Of a DNA stretch of 64,000 nt, positions 55,638 through 64,000 are shown piece after piece (the first letter of the stretch is position 1; each line of letters opens with the position of its first letter). Below the pieces are notes generated by a model. That model was not told the DNA's origin and did no database searches. It saw only the letters and a program-made list of their open reading frames with translations. Location: positions 80,726-144,725 of the forward strand of contig JAQBRA010000005.1 of NCBI GenBank assembly GCA_028286685.1, read 5' to 3'. The translations under genes were made by a program, and so were the position numbers. The DNA is from Candidatus Adlerbacteria bacterium (GTDB taxonomy: Bacteria; Patescibacteriota; Minisyncoccia; Phycocordibacterales; SBAW01).

Positions 55638-56999
55638 ATGAAGACCAGGCATGTCTGGTACGCGGGGTTGGTAATGTGCGCGGTCTTATTCGCGCTTGCT
55701 CGCTGGGATATTTTTGAGCATTTCGAGGCAAAGCGCTCGCTTGCTGGGTACGCCGACCGCGCGGCGGTAGTCGCCGGTACGGTCGCGGGGGACCCGGACC
55801 GGCGCGCGACGTCGCTCCGGGTTACGCTCAAGGTGGCGACCATAAACGGGCAGGCCGCAAGCGGCAATCTTCTGGCCATGCTCCCGCGCGAGACTGAGGT
55901 CGGCTATGGCGACCAGATAGAAGTGCGCGGCGTGATTGAGCTGCCGGAGGCTTTTGAAACCGAGAGCGGCCGCGTCTTTGACTACCCCGGGTACCTCCGC
56001 GTGCGCGGCATTTCAGTGGTAATGCAGCGCACGGTGTTGCGCGAGCACGAACCTGCGGGCATGACGCTGCTGGGGCCGCTGTTTGCGCTCAAGCACAGCT
56101 TTGAGCATTCGCTCGAGCAAACTATGGGCGAGCCGGAAGTATCCCTGCTTGAGGGCATGCTCTTGGGCGAGCGCGGAGGTTTGAGCCAGGACTTGCTGCA
56201 AGTGTTTGTCATCGCAGGGCTCATACATATAGTGGTGCTGTCGGGCTCCAATATCGCCCTTGTGGCCGAGGGTATATTTCGCCTCTTGGGAGCAGTGCCA
56301 AGGCTGCCGCGACGGGCACTGTATGTCGCGGGGTTTTTAGCGATAGTGTGCTTTGCACTTATGGCGGGCGGCGGGGCCGCAACCGTGCGCGCGGTCATCA
56401 TGGGCTCTATCGCAATACTGGCGCGCTACTTGCGCCGGCCCCAGGCGGCGCTGCGAGCACTTGCAGTAGCTTCCATTACGATGATCATCTGGAATCCGTT
56501 AGTGCTTTGGCTTGATACTGGATTTATACTCAGCGTTTTGGCTACTTTCGGGCTTATCACGCTCGCGCCTTACGTGGAGACAAAGCTCATCCGCTTGCCT
56601 GCATGGAAGACTTTTAATATCCGCTCGATCGTTGCGACCACGCTTGCGGTCGAAGTATTCATACTGCCGGCACTGCTGTATACCTCGGGCGTCCTCTCGT
56701 TCGTATCGGTGCCGATAAATGCATCGGTGCTGCCCCTGGTACCCTTGGTGATGTTTTTTGGATTCGTGGCGGGAGTCTTAGGATTCCTGCATCCGCTGCT
56801 GGCATTCGTGCCTGCAGTCCTGGCGCAGTTCCTGCTCCAGCTCATCCTTTGGATAGCAGAAACGGCAGCGCGGCTGCCGTTTGCTTCAGTATTAGTAGTC
56901 CCGTTCCCGTGGTGGATCGCGGCCCTCGTGTATGTGCCCCTAACTGCGTGGGCTATTTCTGTATATCGGCGAAGCGCTTCTCCAGAACCGACCAATTAA
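55638..56999 (+). CDS. comEC: ComEC/Rec2 competence protein (OB and membrane domains only)
   Basis: FDYPGYL, GLIHIVVLSGSNI, ATVRAVIM, NPL...GFILSVLAT. Confidence 0.9.
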   Translation: MKTRHVWYAGLVMCAVLFALARWDIFEHFEAKRSLAGYADRAAVVAGTVAGDPDRRATSLRVTLKVATINGQAASGNLLAMLPRETEVGYGDQIEVRGVIELPEAFETESGRVFDYPGYLRVRGISVVMQRTVLREHEPAGMTLLGPLFALKHSFEHSLEQTMGEPEVSLLEGMLLGERGGLSQDLLQVFVIAGLIHIVVLSGSNIALVAEGIFRLLGAVPRLPRRALYVAGFLAIVCFALMAGGGAATVRAVIMGSIAILARYLRRPQAALRALAVASITMIIWNPLVLWLDTGFILSVLATFGLITLAPYVETKLIRLPAWKTFNIRSIVATTLAVEVFILPALLYTSGVLSFVSVPINASVLPLVPLVMFFGFVAGVLGFLHPLLAFVPAVLAQFLLQLILWIAETAARLPFASVLVVPFPWWIAALVYVPLTAWAISVYRRSASPEPTN

Positions 57000-57546
57000 G
57001 ATTCTTGAAGAAAGCGTCGATGTACTTGCCGCGGCCTCCTGCGCCGTAATCAAGAATGTAGGTGTGCTCCCATACATCAAGGGCGAGGATAATAGGGAGC
57101 GTTACGAAGTGCCCCTGGTGCTGCTCGCCGCTGAAGCCTGCCAAGAACTGCTTGGCCTCCGGATCCCAGTACAGAATCGCCCAGCCGGGGCCGCGCGTTG
57201 TCGCCACTGCTTTAAGGTAGGGGACTACATGCTCGGCCGCCTTGTAGTCTTTTGCCAGTGCAGCGGAAAGCGCGCTGCTTTCAGATTGTGCCTGCGCCCC
57301 GCCTTCAAACTGCTCGAAGTAGAGCTCGTGGAGCCGCATCCCGCCAAACTCGAAGCTGCGGCGGCGGATAAGCTCGGCCAGGGCAAGACCGTTCTTTTCC
57401 AGGTCACCTGCATACTCGGGCATCAGCGCGGAAATGGCATTAAAGTTCTTGACGTAGCCGGCGTAGAGCGCCAAGTGCTCCTCTATGGATTTAGCGGAAA
57501 TGCCCTCGAGCGGCCCTATGTCGAACGTTTTTTCTGAGTAGTTCAT
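56953..57546 (-). CDS. Fe/Mn superoxide dismutase family protein
   Basis: EEHLALYAGYV, GMRLHELYF, LDVWEHTYILDYG. Confidence 0.9.
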   Translation of the reverse strand: MNYSEKTFDIGPLEGISAKSIEEHLALYAGYVKNFNAISALMPEYAGDLEKNGLALAELIRRRSFEFGGMRLHELYFEQFEGGAQAQSESSALSAALAKDYKAAEHVVPYLKAVATTRGPGWAILYWDPEAKQFLAGFSGEQHQGHFVTLPIILALDVWEHTYILDYGAGGRGKYIDAFFKNLNWSVLEKRFADIQK

Positions 57547-57675
57547 GAGGAAATAGTAGCATTTGTAAGGTGTTTTTACGGTTATCCCCAGCAGTGCTTG
57601 ACTTTTAGCTTGACCTATCCTATAATGGTATTAGGTGGACCGCGGGGCCCACATTTCGATAAAGGGGAGGAAATC

Positions 57676-57918
57676 TTGGGCAATATGGGGGATTTGAAGA
57701 GGATCGTGGGCGTTGCCTGTCTGTTGTCGATCATTTTCGGCGTAAGCTTTGCGGCTGCGCTTGGAACAAAGTTCGACATCATAGTGTGGTCAACGCCGTC
57801 GCTGCCGGTTTTGGCGGAGATACCGCCATACGAAATCAGCGTCGACGAGCCGCGCGAGGAATACGTATTCCATCGGGCACAAGCCATATCCGCAATGAAC
57901 GCGACAATAAAGAAGTAA
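57676..57918 (+). CDS. Small membrane-anchored hypothetical protein
   Basis: TTGACT-17-TATAAT promoter, GGGGAGG 5 nt before in-frame TTG, terminator after the stop. Confidence 0.55.
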   Translation: MGNMGDLKRIVGVACLLSIIFGVSFAAALGTKFDIIVWSTPSLPVLAEIPPYEISVDEPREEYVFHRAQAISAMNATIKK

Positions 57919-57989
57919 TCCAATGCAGGTGCTAGGCGCGGAGACTACCCAGTCATCCGCGCCTTTTACTTTCCCCTTACACTAAAGGG

Positions 57990-58862
57990 GTGGAGTTTTT
58001 AAAGAAATACGAGGTTCATGCGCTTTTCTGCGCGCTCCTTCTGGGTTGCATTTTTGTTTGGACGACCGTGTATGCGCAAGAGCAGGGCAGGGGCGTGCTT
58101 ACTTTTGCGATGCTCGACATAGGGCAAGGCGATGCTCTTTTTATAGAAGGCCCGACTGGCCTGCAGATGCTGATAGATGCAGGGCCAAACACTGGCGCGG
58201 TGCTGAGTGCGCTTGCCCGCGTCATGCCGCTCGGCGATCGTACGCTCGATGCGGTTATAGAGACGCATCCGGATGCCGACCACATGGGCGGCTTTATCGA
58301 CGTGCTGGATCGCTACCAGGTCGGCTCTTATATAAGTCCTGACATCAGCAAAACCAATACGGTCATAGAAGCGGTTAAGAAAGAGCTGGCCCAGCAGGAC
58401 ATTCCGGTTTATACGGCCCGCCGCGGCATGGTGATCGATTTGGGCGGCGGGGCGGAGCTCGATATCTTGTATCCAGACATGGATGTATCGGGGTATGGAG
58501 AGAAGACTAACGACGGCTCGATAGTCGCCCGGTTGGTGTATGGGGAAACCGAGGTACTGCTAACGGGCGATGCGGCGTTTGATACGGAGAATCATTTGCT
58601 GGCGGTGGCGAGCACCTCACTCGCAAGCGACCTCTTAAAAGTCGGGCATCATGGTTCCAAAACCTCGACCGGCAGTGCATTTATTGAGGCGATACATCCG
58701 GAGTTGGCGCTTATTTCCGTAGGGGCCAAAAATTCCTATGGCCATCCGACCAAGGAAGCGCTGGAAAGATTGAGGGCAGCCGGCGTGCCGGTTATGCGCA
58801 CTGATGTGCAGGGGACAATAGTCTGCAGGTCAGACGGCAGGCAATTTGCCTGCGGACTATAG
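57990..58862 (+). CDS. ComEC-type MBL-fold metallo-hydrolase
   Basis: LDIGQGDA, THPDADHMGG, LLTGDA, KVGHHGSKTS, NSYGHP. Confidence 0.92.
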   Translation: MEFLKKYEVHALFCALLLGCIFVWTTVYAQEQGRGVLTFAMLDIGQGDALFIEGPTGLQMLIDAGPNTGAVLSALARVMPLGDRTLDAVIETHPDADHMGGFIDVLDRYQVGSYISPDISKTNTVIEAVKKELAQQDIPVYTARRGMVIDLGGGAELDILYPDMDVSGYGEKTNDGSIVARLVYGETEVLLTGDAAFDTENHLLAVASTSLASDLLKVGHHGSKTSTGSAFIEAIHPELALISVGAKNSYGHPTKEALERLRAAGVPVMRTDVQGTIVCRSDGRQFACGL

Positions 58863-58904
58863 TCTGATACTGTTGCGCCTAGATGCAACAAGGGAGAAGT
58901 CATT

Positions 58905-59105
58905 ATGGCAAGTTTTGCCCGGTCGGCTGATAATCCGCGCAGAAGAATTGAAGACGTCATTATCGAAGGGAGAGAACGGGAGCTTGCCCAGGCAAAGCGT
59001 CTTGGGGCTTGGCTATCCACGTTTTTTCTCCTGCTCTGGATAGGGACCGCTTTGGCAATGAAGCAGTATCCGGCGTTCTTCAATATCGTCGCCGCATGTA
59101 ACTAA
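58905..59105 (+). CDS. Small single-TM hypothetical protein
   Basis: AAGGGAG leader; terminator CCGCCGCGGA/TCCGCGGCGG after the stop. Confidence 0.5.
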   Translation: MASFARSADNPRRRIEDVIIEGRERELAQAKRLGAWLSTFFLLLWIGTALAMKQYPAFFNIVAACN

Positions 59106-59157
59106 CCAAAAAACCGCCGCGGATCTCTCCGCGGCGGTTTTTTTATTTTTCTTTAAA

Positions 59158-59403
59158 TTACTTGATGAGGCCTGCCTTCTTGAGCGTAACGTAGGCGCCG
59201 TTCTTGGTTATCGTGCGGAGGCCCTGGGTCGAGACGGTAACGGTGATGGTCTTGTTGAGCTCCGGGACGAAGATGCGCTTCTTCTGCAGGTTTACCTGCT
59301 TGCGAGTCATGCCGGAAGGGTTGAACTTGGTAGCGCGAATACGATTGCTGTATTTGCCAGCCATTTTCGAGCCCTTTTTGGTGATGGGACAGATTTTTGC
59401 CAT
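59158..59403 (-). CDS. rpmB: 50S ribosomal protein L28
   Basis: MAKICPITKK...RKQVNLQKKRIF...VSTQGLRTI. Confidence 0.93.
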   Translation of the reverse strand: MAKICPITKKGSKMAGKYSNRIRATKFNPSGMTRKQVNLQKKRIFVPELNKTITVTVSTQGLRTITKNGAYVTLKKAGLIK

Positions 59404-59466
59404 GTTTGGATATGAAAATCCGGGGCAGATCCCCAGAGAACGTTATGGTATCATGATTTTTAACGA

Positions 59467-60111
59467 ATGCAAATGGACATTATATTTGCCATAGGGGTCC
59501 TGGTGCTCTCGGTCGTGCTTCACGAGGTGGCCCACGGCTATATGGCCAACTGGCTGGGCGACCCTACTGCCCGCCTCGAGGGCCGGCTGACGCTCAATCC
59601 TATATCCCACATAGACCCCATAGGCTCGATACTGCTCCCGGCACTGCTTGTTATTACTCATTCGCCGATGCTTATCGGCTACGCCAAGCCGGTGCCGTAC
59701 AACCCCTACAATTTGCGCGGCAAGTACGCAGAAGGGTGGGTGGCCTTCGCGGGGCCGGGAACTAACATTATATTGGCGCTCATCTTCGGGCTCATCATTC
59801 GCTTTTTTGGCGCACAACTCGATGCGACCTTGTTGACCGCCTTTGGCACCATCGCCTACATCAACATGCTCCTGGCGCTCTTTAACCTGATTCCGATACC
59901 GCCACTGGACGGCTCGAAGGTGCTTTCCTCCTTGTTTTTGGCCATATCTCCTAGCTTGGCGCGCGGGTATGACGCCTTCAGGCTCAACTTCGAGCGGCTT
60001 GGAGTGCTGACAGGCACGCTCCTTATATTGATGATCTTCTATTTTTTGTCGCCGTACTTTAGCGCGGGGCTCGTGCATCTTTTCGACCTTTTGACCGGGG
60101 TGCCGGCATAG
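59467..60111 (+). CDS. Site-2 protease (M50) family protein
   Basis: HEVAHG, GRLTLNP, AGPGTN, FNLIPIPPLDG. Confidence 0.94.
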   Translation: MQMDIIFAIGVLVLSVVLHEVAHGYMANWLGDPTARLEGRLTLNPISHIDPIGSILLPALLVITHSPMLIGYAKPVPYNPYNLRGKYAEGWVAFAGPGTNIILALIFGLIIRFFGAQLDATLLTAFGTIAYINMLLALFNLIPIPPLDGSKVLSSLFLAISPSLARGYDAFRLNFERLGVLTGTLLILMIFYFLSPYFSAGLVHLFDLLTGVPA

Positions 60112-60193
60112 CGGGGCAGGGCGGTAGTTGCAGAGCTGGTTTATCTATAGTAAAGTCCTACTAACGCCGAAAGGGCGTTTTCTTTTCGAATCA

Positions 60194-60601
60194 ATGGCAC
60201 GCCTCTCACAACTCGTACGCAAGGGCCGCAAGCAGCGCCCCAACAAGACCAAGTCGCCGGCTTTGGCGCGCGGTTTTAACGTGCTCAAGAACAAGCCGGT
60301 CTTCTACCCGTCTCCGTTCAAGCGCGGCGTCTGCACCAAGGTAACGACCACCACCCCCCGCAAGCCTAACTCCGCTATCCGCAAGATCGCCCGCGTACGC
60401 CTCACCAACGGCCAGGAGATCACCGCCTACATCCCGGGCGAGGGCCACAACCTCCAGGAGCACTCGGTGGTTATTGTCCGCGCCGGCCGCGTGAAGGACA
60501 TCAACGTCCGCTACCAGGTAGTTCGCGGCAAGCTCGACGCCGCCGGCCTCGACAAGCGCCGCCGCTCCCGCTCCCGCTACGGTGCCAAGCGCCCTAAATA
60601 A
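60194..60601 (+). CDS. rpsL: 30S ribosomal protein S12
   Basis: [32 protein letters not shown]; start ATG 60194. Confidence 0.97.
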   Translation: MARLSQLVRKGRKQRPNKTKSPALARGFNVLKNKPVFYPSPFKRGVCTKVTTTTPRKPNSAIRKIARVRLTNGQEITAYIPGEGHNLQEHSVVIVRAGRVKDINVRYQVVRGKLDAAGLDKRRRSRSRYGAKRPK

Positions 60602-60625
60602 ATAGCATTTCTATAATCAACTTAT

Positions 60626-61096
60626 ATGCGTCGCCCCGTTAAAAATCGCAATATCGCCGGACCGGACATCAAGTTCAACTCAACCCGCGTGGAGAAATTC
60701 ATCAACTCGGTCATGTGGGACGGCAAGAAGTCGACCGCCCGCACCGTCGTTTACGATGCATTCGACATCATCAAGGAGAAGGCCAAGGTAGAGAATCCGA
60801 TCGAGCTCTTCGAGACCGCTATCCGCAACGTCTCCCCGGCCATGGAGATCCGCTCCCGCCGCGTCGGAGGCGCCAACTACCAGGTGCCGCGCGAGGTTCG
60901 CCCCGAGCGCAAGCAGGCTATGGCATTCCGCTGGATCCTCCAGGCCGCCCGCTCCGGCAAGGGCCGCCCTATGGCCGAGAAGCTCGCTACCGAGCTCATG
61001 TCCGCAGCCAACAACGAGGGCTTCGCCTTCAAGAAGAAGGAGGACACCCATCGCATGGCCGAGGCCAACAAGGCATTCGCCCACTTCGCCTGGTAA
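60626..61096 (+). CDS. rpsG: 30S ribosomal protein S7
   Basis: [23 protein letters not shown]. Confidence 0.98.
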   Translation: MRRPVKNRNIAGPDIKFNSTRVEKFINSVMWDGKKSTARTVVYDAFDIIKEKAKVENPIELFETAIRNVSPAMEIRSRRVGGANYQVPREVRPERKQAMAFRWILQAARSGKGRPMAEKLATELMSAANNEGFAFKKKEDTHRMAEANKAFAHFAW

Positions 61097-61114
61097 TTCT
61101 AAAAAGATTTTAAA

Positions 61115-61151
61115 AAGAAGAAAGCGCCCAATCCGGGCGCTTTCTTCTTTT
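61115..61151 (+). terminator. Intrinsic terminator after rpsG
   Basis: AAGAAGAAAGCGCCC-AATCC-GGGCGCTTTCTTCTT. Confidence 0.75.
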
Positions 61152-61232
61152 CTTATTATCCTGCCGTGTGTGTTCAATATCCTCTAGGTAGTCGTCCTCT
61201 GGAGCGGTTTTTTGCATGATAATGTAGAGAAT

Positions 61233-61541
61233 ATGAAAAAGGCAGGATTGCTGTTGGTGGCGCTTGGAGTGCTTTCGATGGCTGGTGGATTTCCGCTGCT
61301 ATGCATAGACTCGTGCGGCTATTTGCTTGGTATACCTACCGGAAATTATTTCTATATAGGCATTGGATTGCTTGCAGCCGGTTTTATATTGATGCATGAA
61401 TCTCCCCGCAATCCGGATAGTACGTCCGATGCGGTCGCAAGTTCGTTGGGAAGATCCTTCGTTGTGGTCGGCGGCATTTTACTCGGCTTGTTTATACTCC
61501 TGTTCTCCACTTTTATCATAATGACCTGGTTCTCTACGTAA
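61233..61541 (+). CDS. Small three-TM hypothetical protein
   Basis: Hydrophobic segments and CxxxC; start ATG 61233. Confidence 0.6.
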   Translation: MKKAGLLLVALGVLSMAGGFPLLCIDSCGYLLGIPTGNYFYIGIGLLAAGFILMHESPRNPDSTSDAVASSLGRSFVVVGGILLGLFILLFSTFIIMTWFST

Positions 61542-61546
61542 CAAAT

Positions 61547-61993
61547 TTAAAAACTCTTCCCGAAGAGCCGCTCCAAGAGGAGTGGTTTTTCTTTTTCCGA
61601 TAGCAGGGCGATATTCTGCTTTGCCAGCTCGTCCTTGGTTTCCTGGGGCAGGGTAAGGGACTTCTCAAATACCGCCACCACCAAGTCGGACGGGTCGTCG
61701 CCCGCTACGCGATTGATGTTAAAGACGCCGCAGGCGCTGCAGCGGTGTATGAGCATCACGTCCCCCAGCCTCTCTTTGCCGTACTTGTCCGTACCCTCAT
61801 GCTTGAGCGTTGTGCCAATAGGCTCCATGCACCCCAGGCAGTCTGAAGTCCGGTCGCCGGGGGTCTGGTCGACATGCTTGGACCATAGGCAATGGTTACA
61901 ATGGTTGCGATGATGCGTGCCCATATCCAGGGCAGGGGTTACCTCCAGGCTGCAGTGGCAGCACTCAAATTGGGGCTCGGTAATGTTGTCCAT
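61547..61993 (-). CDS. RNHCP-domain protein
   Basis: FECCHC, HRNHCNHCLWSKHVD, PGDR...C...MEP, HRCSACG, RVAGDD. Confidence 0.88.
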   Translation of the reverse strand: MDNITEPQFECCHCSLEVTPALDMGTHHRNHCNHCLWSKHVDQTPGDRTSDCLGCMEPIGTTLKHEGTDKYGKERLGDVMLIHRCSACGVFNINRVAGDDPSDLVVAVFEKSLTLPQETKDELAKQNIALLSEKEKPLLLERLFGKSF

Positions 61994-62094
61994 GCGCGCA
62001 TTGTAACCTGAAGGGACTTCCTTTGCTTTTTGGCCTATTTCGACTACTATAGCGATAACGCCTTTGGCGCATTTTTTAATCCACTATTTACTAT

Positions 62095-64000
62095 ATGAAC
62101 CGCGATTATCCTCTCGAGAAGCTCCGCAACTTCGGCATCATCGCCCACATCGATGCCGGCAAGACCACCACGTCTGAGCGCGTGCTGTTCTACACCGGTT
62201 CCCAGCACAAGATCGGCGAGGTGCACGACGGCCAGACGACCACTGACTGGATGGAGCAGGAGCGCGAGCGCGGCATCACCATTACCGCGGCGGCTATTAC
62301 CTGTTTCTGGGCCAAGACCGACGAGCCGGACAAGAAGGATCCTTCCAAGAAGTACCGCTTCAACGTTATCGATACCCCGGGCCACATCGACTTTACCGTG
62401 GAGGTTAAGCGCTCGATGCGCGTACTGGACGGCGCAGTCGTCGTATTCGACGGCGTTGCCGGCGTGGAGCCGCAGTCGGAGACCAACTGGCGCTACGCCG
62501 ACGAGGCCAATGTGCCGCGCCTCTGCTTCATCAACAAGATGGACCGCATGGGCGCCTCCTTCGAGAAGTCCTACGCCTCGATCCTCGACCGCCTTACCAA
62601 GCATGCCGTGCGCATGCAGCTCCCGATCGGCGCCGAGGCCGACTTTGACGGCGTTGTCGACCTTTTGACCATGAAGGCCTACAAGTTCGAGGGCGCGATG
62701 GGCGAGATAGTGTCGACCTACGACATTCCGGCGGACCTGATGGAGGACGCTAAGAAGTACCGCGCCGAGCTTATCGAGCGCATCGTCGAGCACGATGACG
62801 CCATGATGACCGACTACCTCGACGGCAAGGAGCCTTCTTTGGAGGATCTGAAGAAAGCCTTGCGCAAGGCCGTTATCGCCAACAAAATATTCCCCGTATA
62901 CACCGGCTCGGCGCTTAAGAACCGCGGCGTGCAGCTCGTGCTCGACGGCGTCGTCGACTACCTGCCCTCGCCGGTAGATATGCCGCCTATTACCGGCACC
63001 AACCCGGAGACCGGCGAGCCTATTGGGCGCCAGGCCGCAGACGATGAGCCGTTCTCCGCACTCGCCTTTAAATTGCAGGCCGACCCGTTCGTGGGCCAGC
63101 TGACCTTCTTCCGCGTGTACTCCGGTACCGTTGAGGCAGGCTCCTACATCATCAACTCCTCGACCGGCGAAAAGGAGCGCCTGGGCCGCATCGTGCGCCT
63201 CCAGGCCGACAAGCGCGAGGAGGTTAAGCAGGTGTTTGCCGGCGAGATCGCCGCAGCCGTGGGGCTCAAGTCCGCTAAGACCGGCCACACCCTTTCCGAC
63301 GAAACCAACCCGATCGTTCTCGAGGGCATCATTATTCCCGAGCCGGTTATCTCCATGCGCATCGAGCCTAAGACCAAGGCCGACCAAGAGAAGATGGGCA
63401 TGGCTATGAAGAAGCTTGCCGACGAGGACCCTACCTTCCGCATAACGACCGATACTGAGACTAACGAGACCCTTATTTCAGGCATGGGCGAGCTGCACTT
63501 GGAGATTCTTGTCGACCGCATGAAGCGCGAGTTCGGCGTAGAGGCGGACACCGGCAAGCCGCAGGTGGCCTACCGCGAGACTATCCTTGCTCCGGCAGAA
63601 GGCGAGGGCAAGTACATCAAGCAGACCGGCGGCAAAGGCCAGTACGGCCATGTGCGCCTGCGCGTTAAGCCGATGGAGCCCGTCAACGAGGACAAGAAAC
63701 AGGCCAAGAACGTCACCCGCGAGGACCACTTCGAGTTCATCAACAACATTAAGGGAGGCGTGGTCCCCAACGAGTTTATCGGCCCCGTCGAGGACGGCGT
63801 GCGCGAGGCCATGGAGCGCGGCTTCGTTGCCGGCTTCAAACTGGTCGACATCTCCATCGAGCTGTACGACGGTTCCTACCACGATGTGGACTCCTCGGAA
63901 ATCGCCTTCAAAATAGCAGCATCCATGGGCTTCCAGGACGCGCTTACTCGCGCAAAGCCGGTGCTGCTGGAACCTATTATGAAAGTAGAGGTTGTTACCC
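62095..64000 (+). CDS. fusA: Elongation factor G (runs off the window)
   Basis: Manual translation from ATG 62095: [29 protein letters not shown]...[10 protein letters not shown]...IDTPGHIDF...NKMDR. Confidence 0.98.
   Translation, partial: MNRDYPLEKLRNFGIIAHIDAGKTTTSERVLFYTGSQHKIGEVHDGQTTTDWMEQERERGITITAAAITCFWAKTDEPDKKDPSKKYRFNVIDTPGHIDFTVEVKRSMRVLDGAVVVFDGVAGVEPQSETNWRYADEANVPRLCFINKMDRMGASFEKSYASILDRLTKHAVRMQLPIGAEADFDGVVDLLTMKAYKFEGAMGEIVSTYDIPADLMEDAKKYRAELIERIVEHDDAMMTDYLDGKEPSLEDLKKALRKAVIANKIFPVYTGSALKNRGVQLVLDGVVDYLPSPVDMPPITGTNPETGEPIGRQAADDEPFSALAFKLQADPFVGQLTFFRVYSGTVEAGSYIINSSTGEKERLGRIVRLQADKREEVKQVFAGEIAAAVGLKSAKTGHTLSDETNPIVLEGIIIPEPVISMRIEPKTKADQEKMGMAMKKLADEDPTFRITTDTETNETLISGMGELHLEILVDRMKREFGVEADTGKPQVAYRETILAPAEGEGKYIKQTGGKGQYGHVRLRVKPMEPVNEDKKQAKNVTREDHFEFINNIKGGVVPNEFIGPVEDGVREAMERGFVAGFKLVDISIELYDGSYHDVDSSEIAFKIAASMGFQDALTRAKPVLLEPIMKVEVVT

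Noticed and set aside
38825-63916. Long antisense or alternate-frame ORFs (e.g. 38825-40000, 40154-40882, 44789-45991, 62047-63387)
   Set aside because: These are shadow frames of the GC-rich, codon-biased genes rny, clpP, nusA and fusA, with no motifs of their own.
1-64000. CRISPR array, rRNA, IS transposase or prophage
   Set aside because: I saw no regularly spaced direct repeats, cas genes, rRNA signatures, transposases or phage structural genes.

Overview
This is a chromosomal, origin-proximal segment of a small-genome bacterium using genetic code 11. The gene content (chromosomal VirB4/PrgI/VirB6/pilin cluster, PPIase-less trigger factor, split ComEC, SD-less housekeeping genes) suggests Patescibacteria/CPR, Parcubacteria-like; this assignment is inference. 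From left to right: dnaA (partial), DnaA boxes, rpmH-rnpA-yidC-jag; an 11-gene T4SS-like cluster; rsmA, pcrA/uvrD, LysM-M23, alkA, comM, pnp, rpsO, a Xer recombinase and xth. At 30.9-35.9 kb is an unusual block: a DUF3800 gene with a convergent small RNA that has its own promoter and terminator, a TrmB regulator, two more candidate ncRNAs (one about 350 nt and multibranched), cca, six parS-like sites and tRNAs. Then come hup, rny, clpP, tig, ppa, nusA, a degenerate PilB-like ATPase, tpiA, pgk, recJ, rnhA, comEC, sod, rpmB, rpsL, rpsG and fusA (partial). The strongest leads are the DUF3800 + ncRNA pair, the orphan structured RNA at 32.8-33.1 kb, the parS/DnaA-box/TAAAGGACA cluster, pervasive leaderless promoters alongside SD-led micro-gene cassettes, and a recurring A-[ST]-[ST]-[ST] motif in exported proteins. 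All calls come from manual motif reading; no database searches or folding programs were run.
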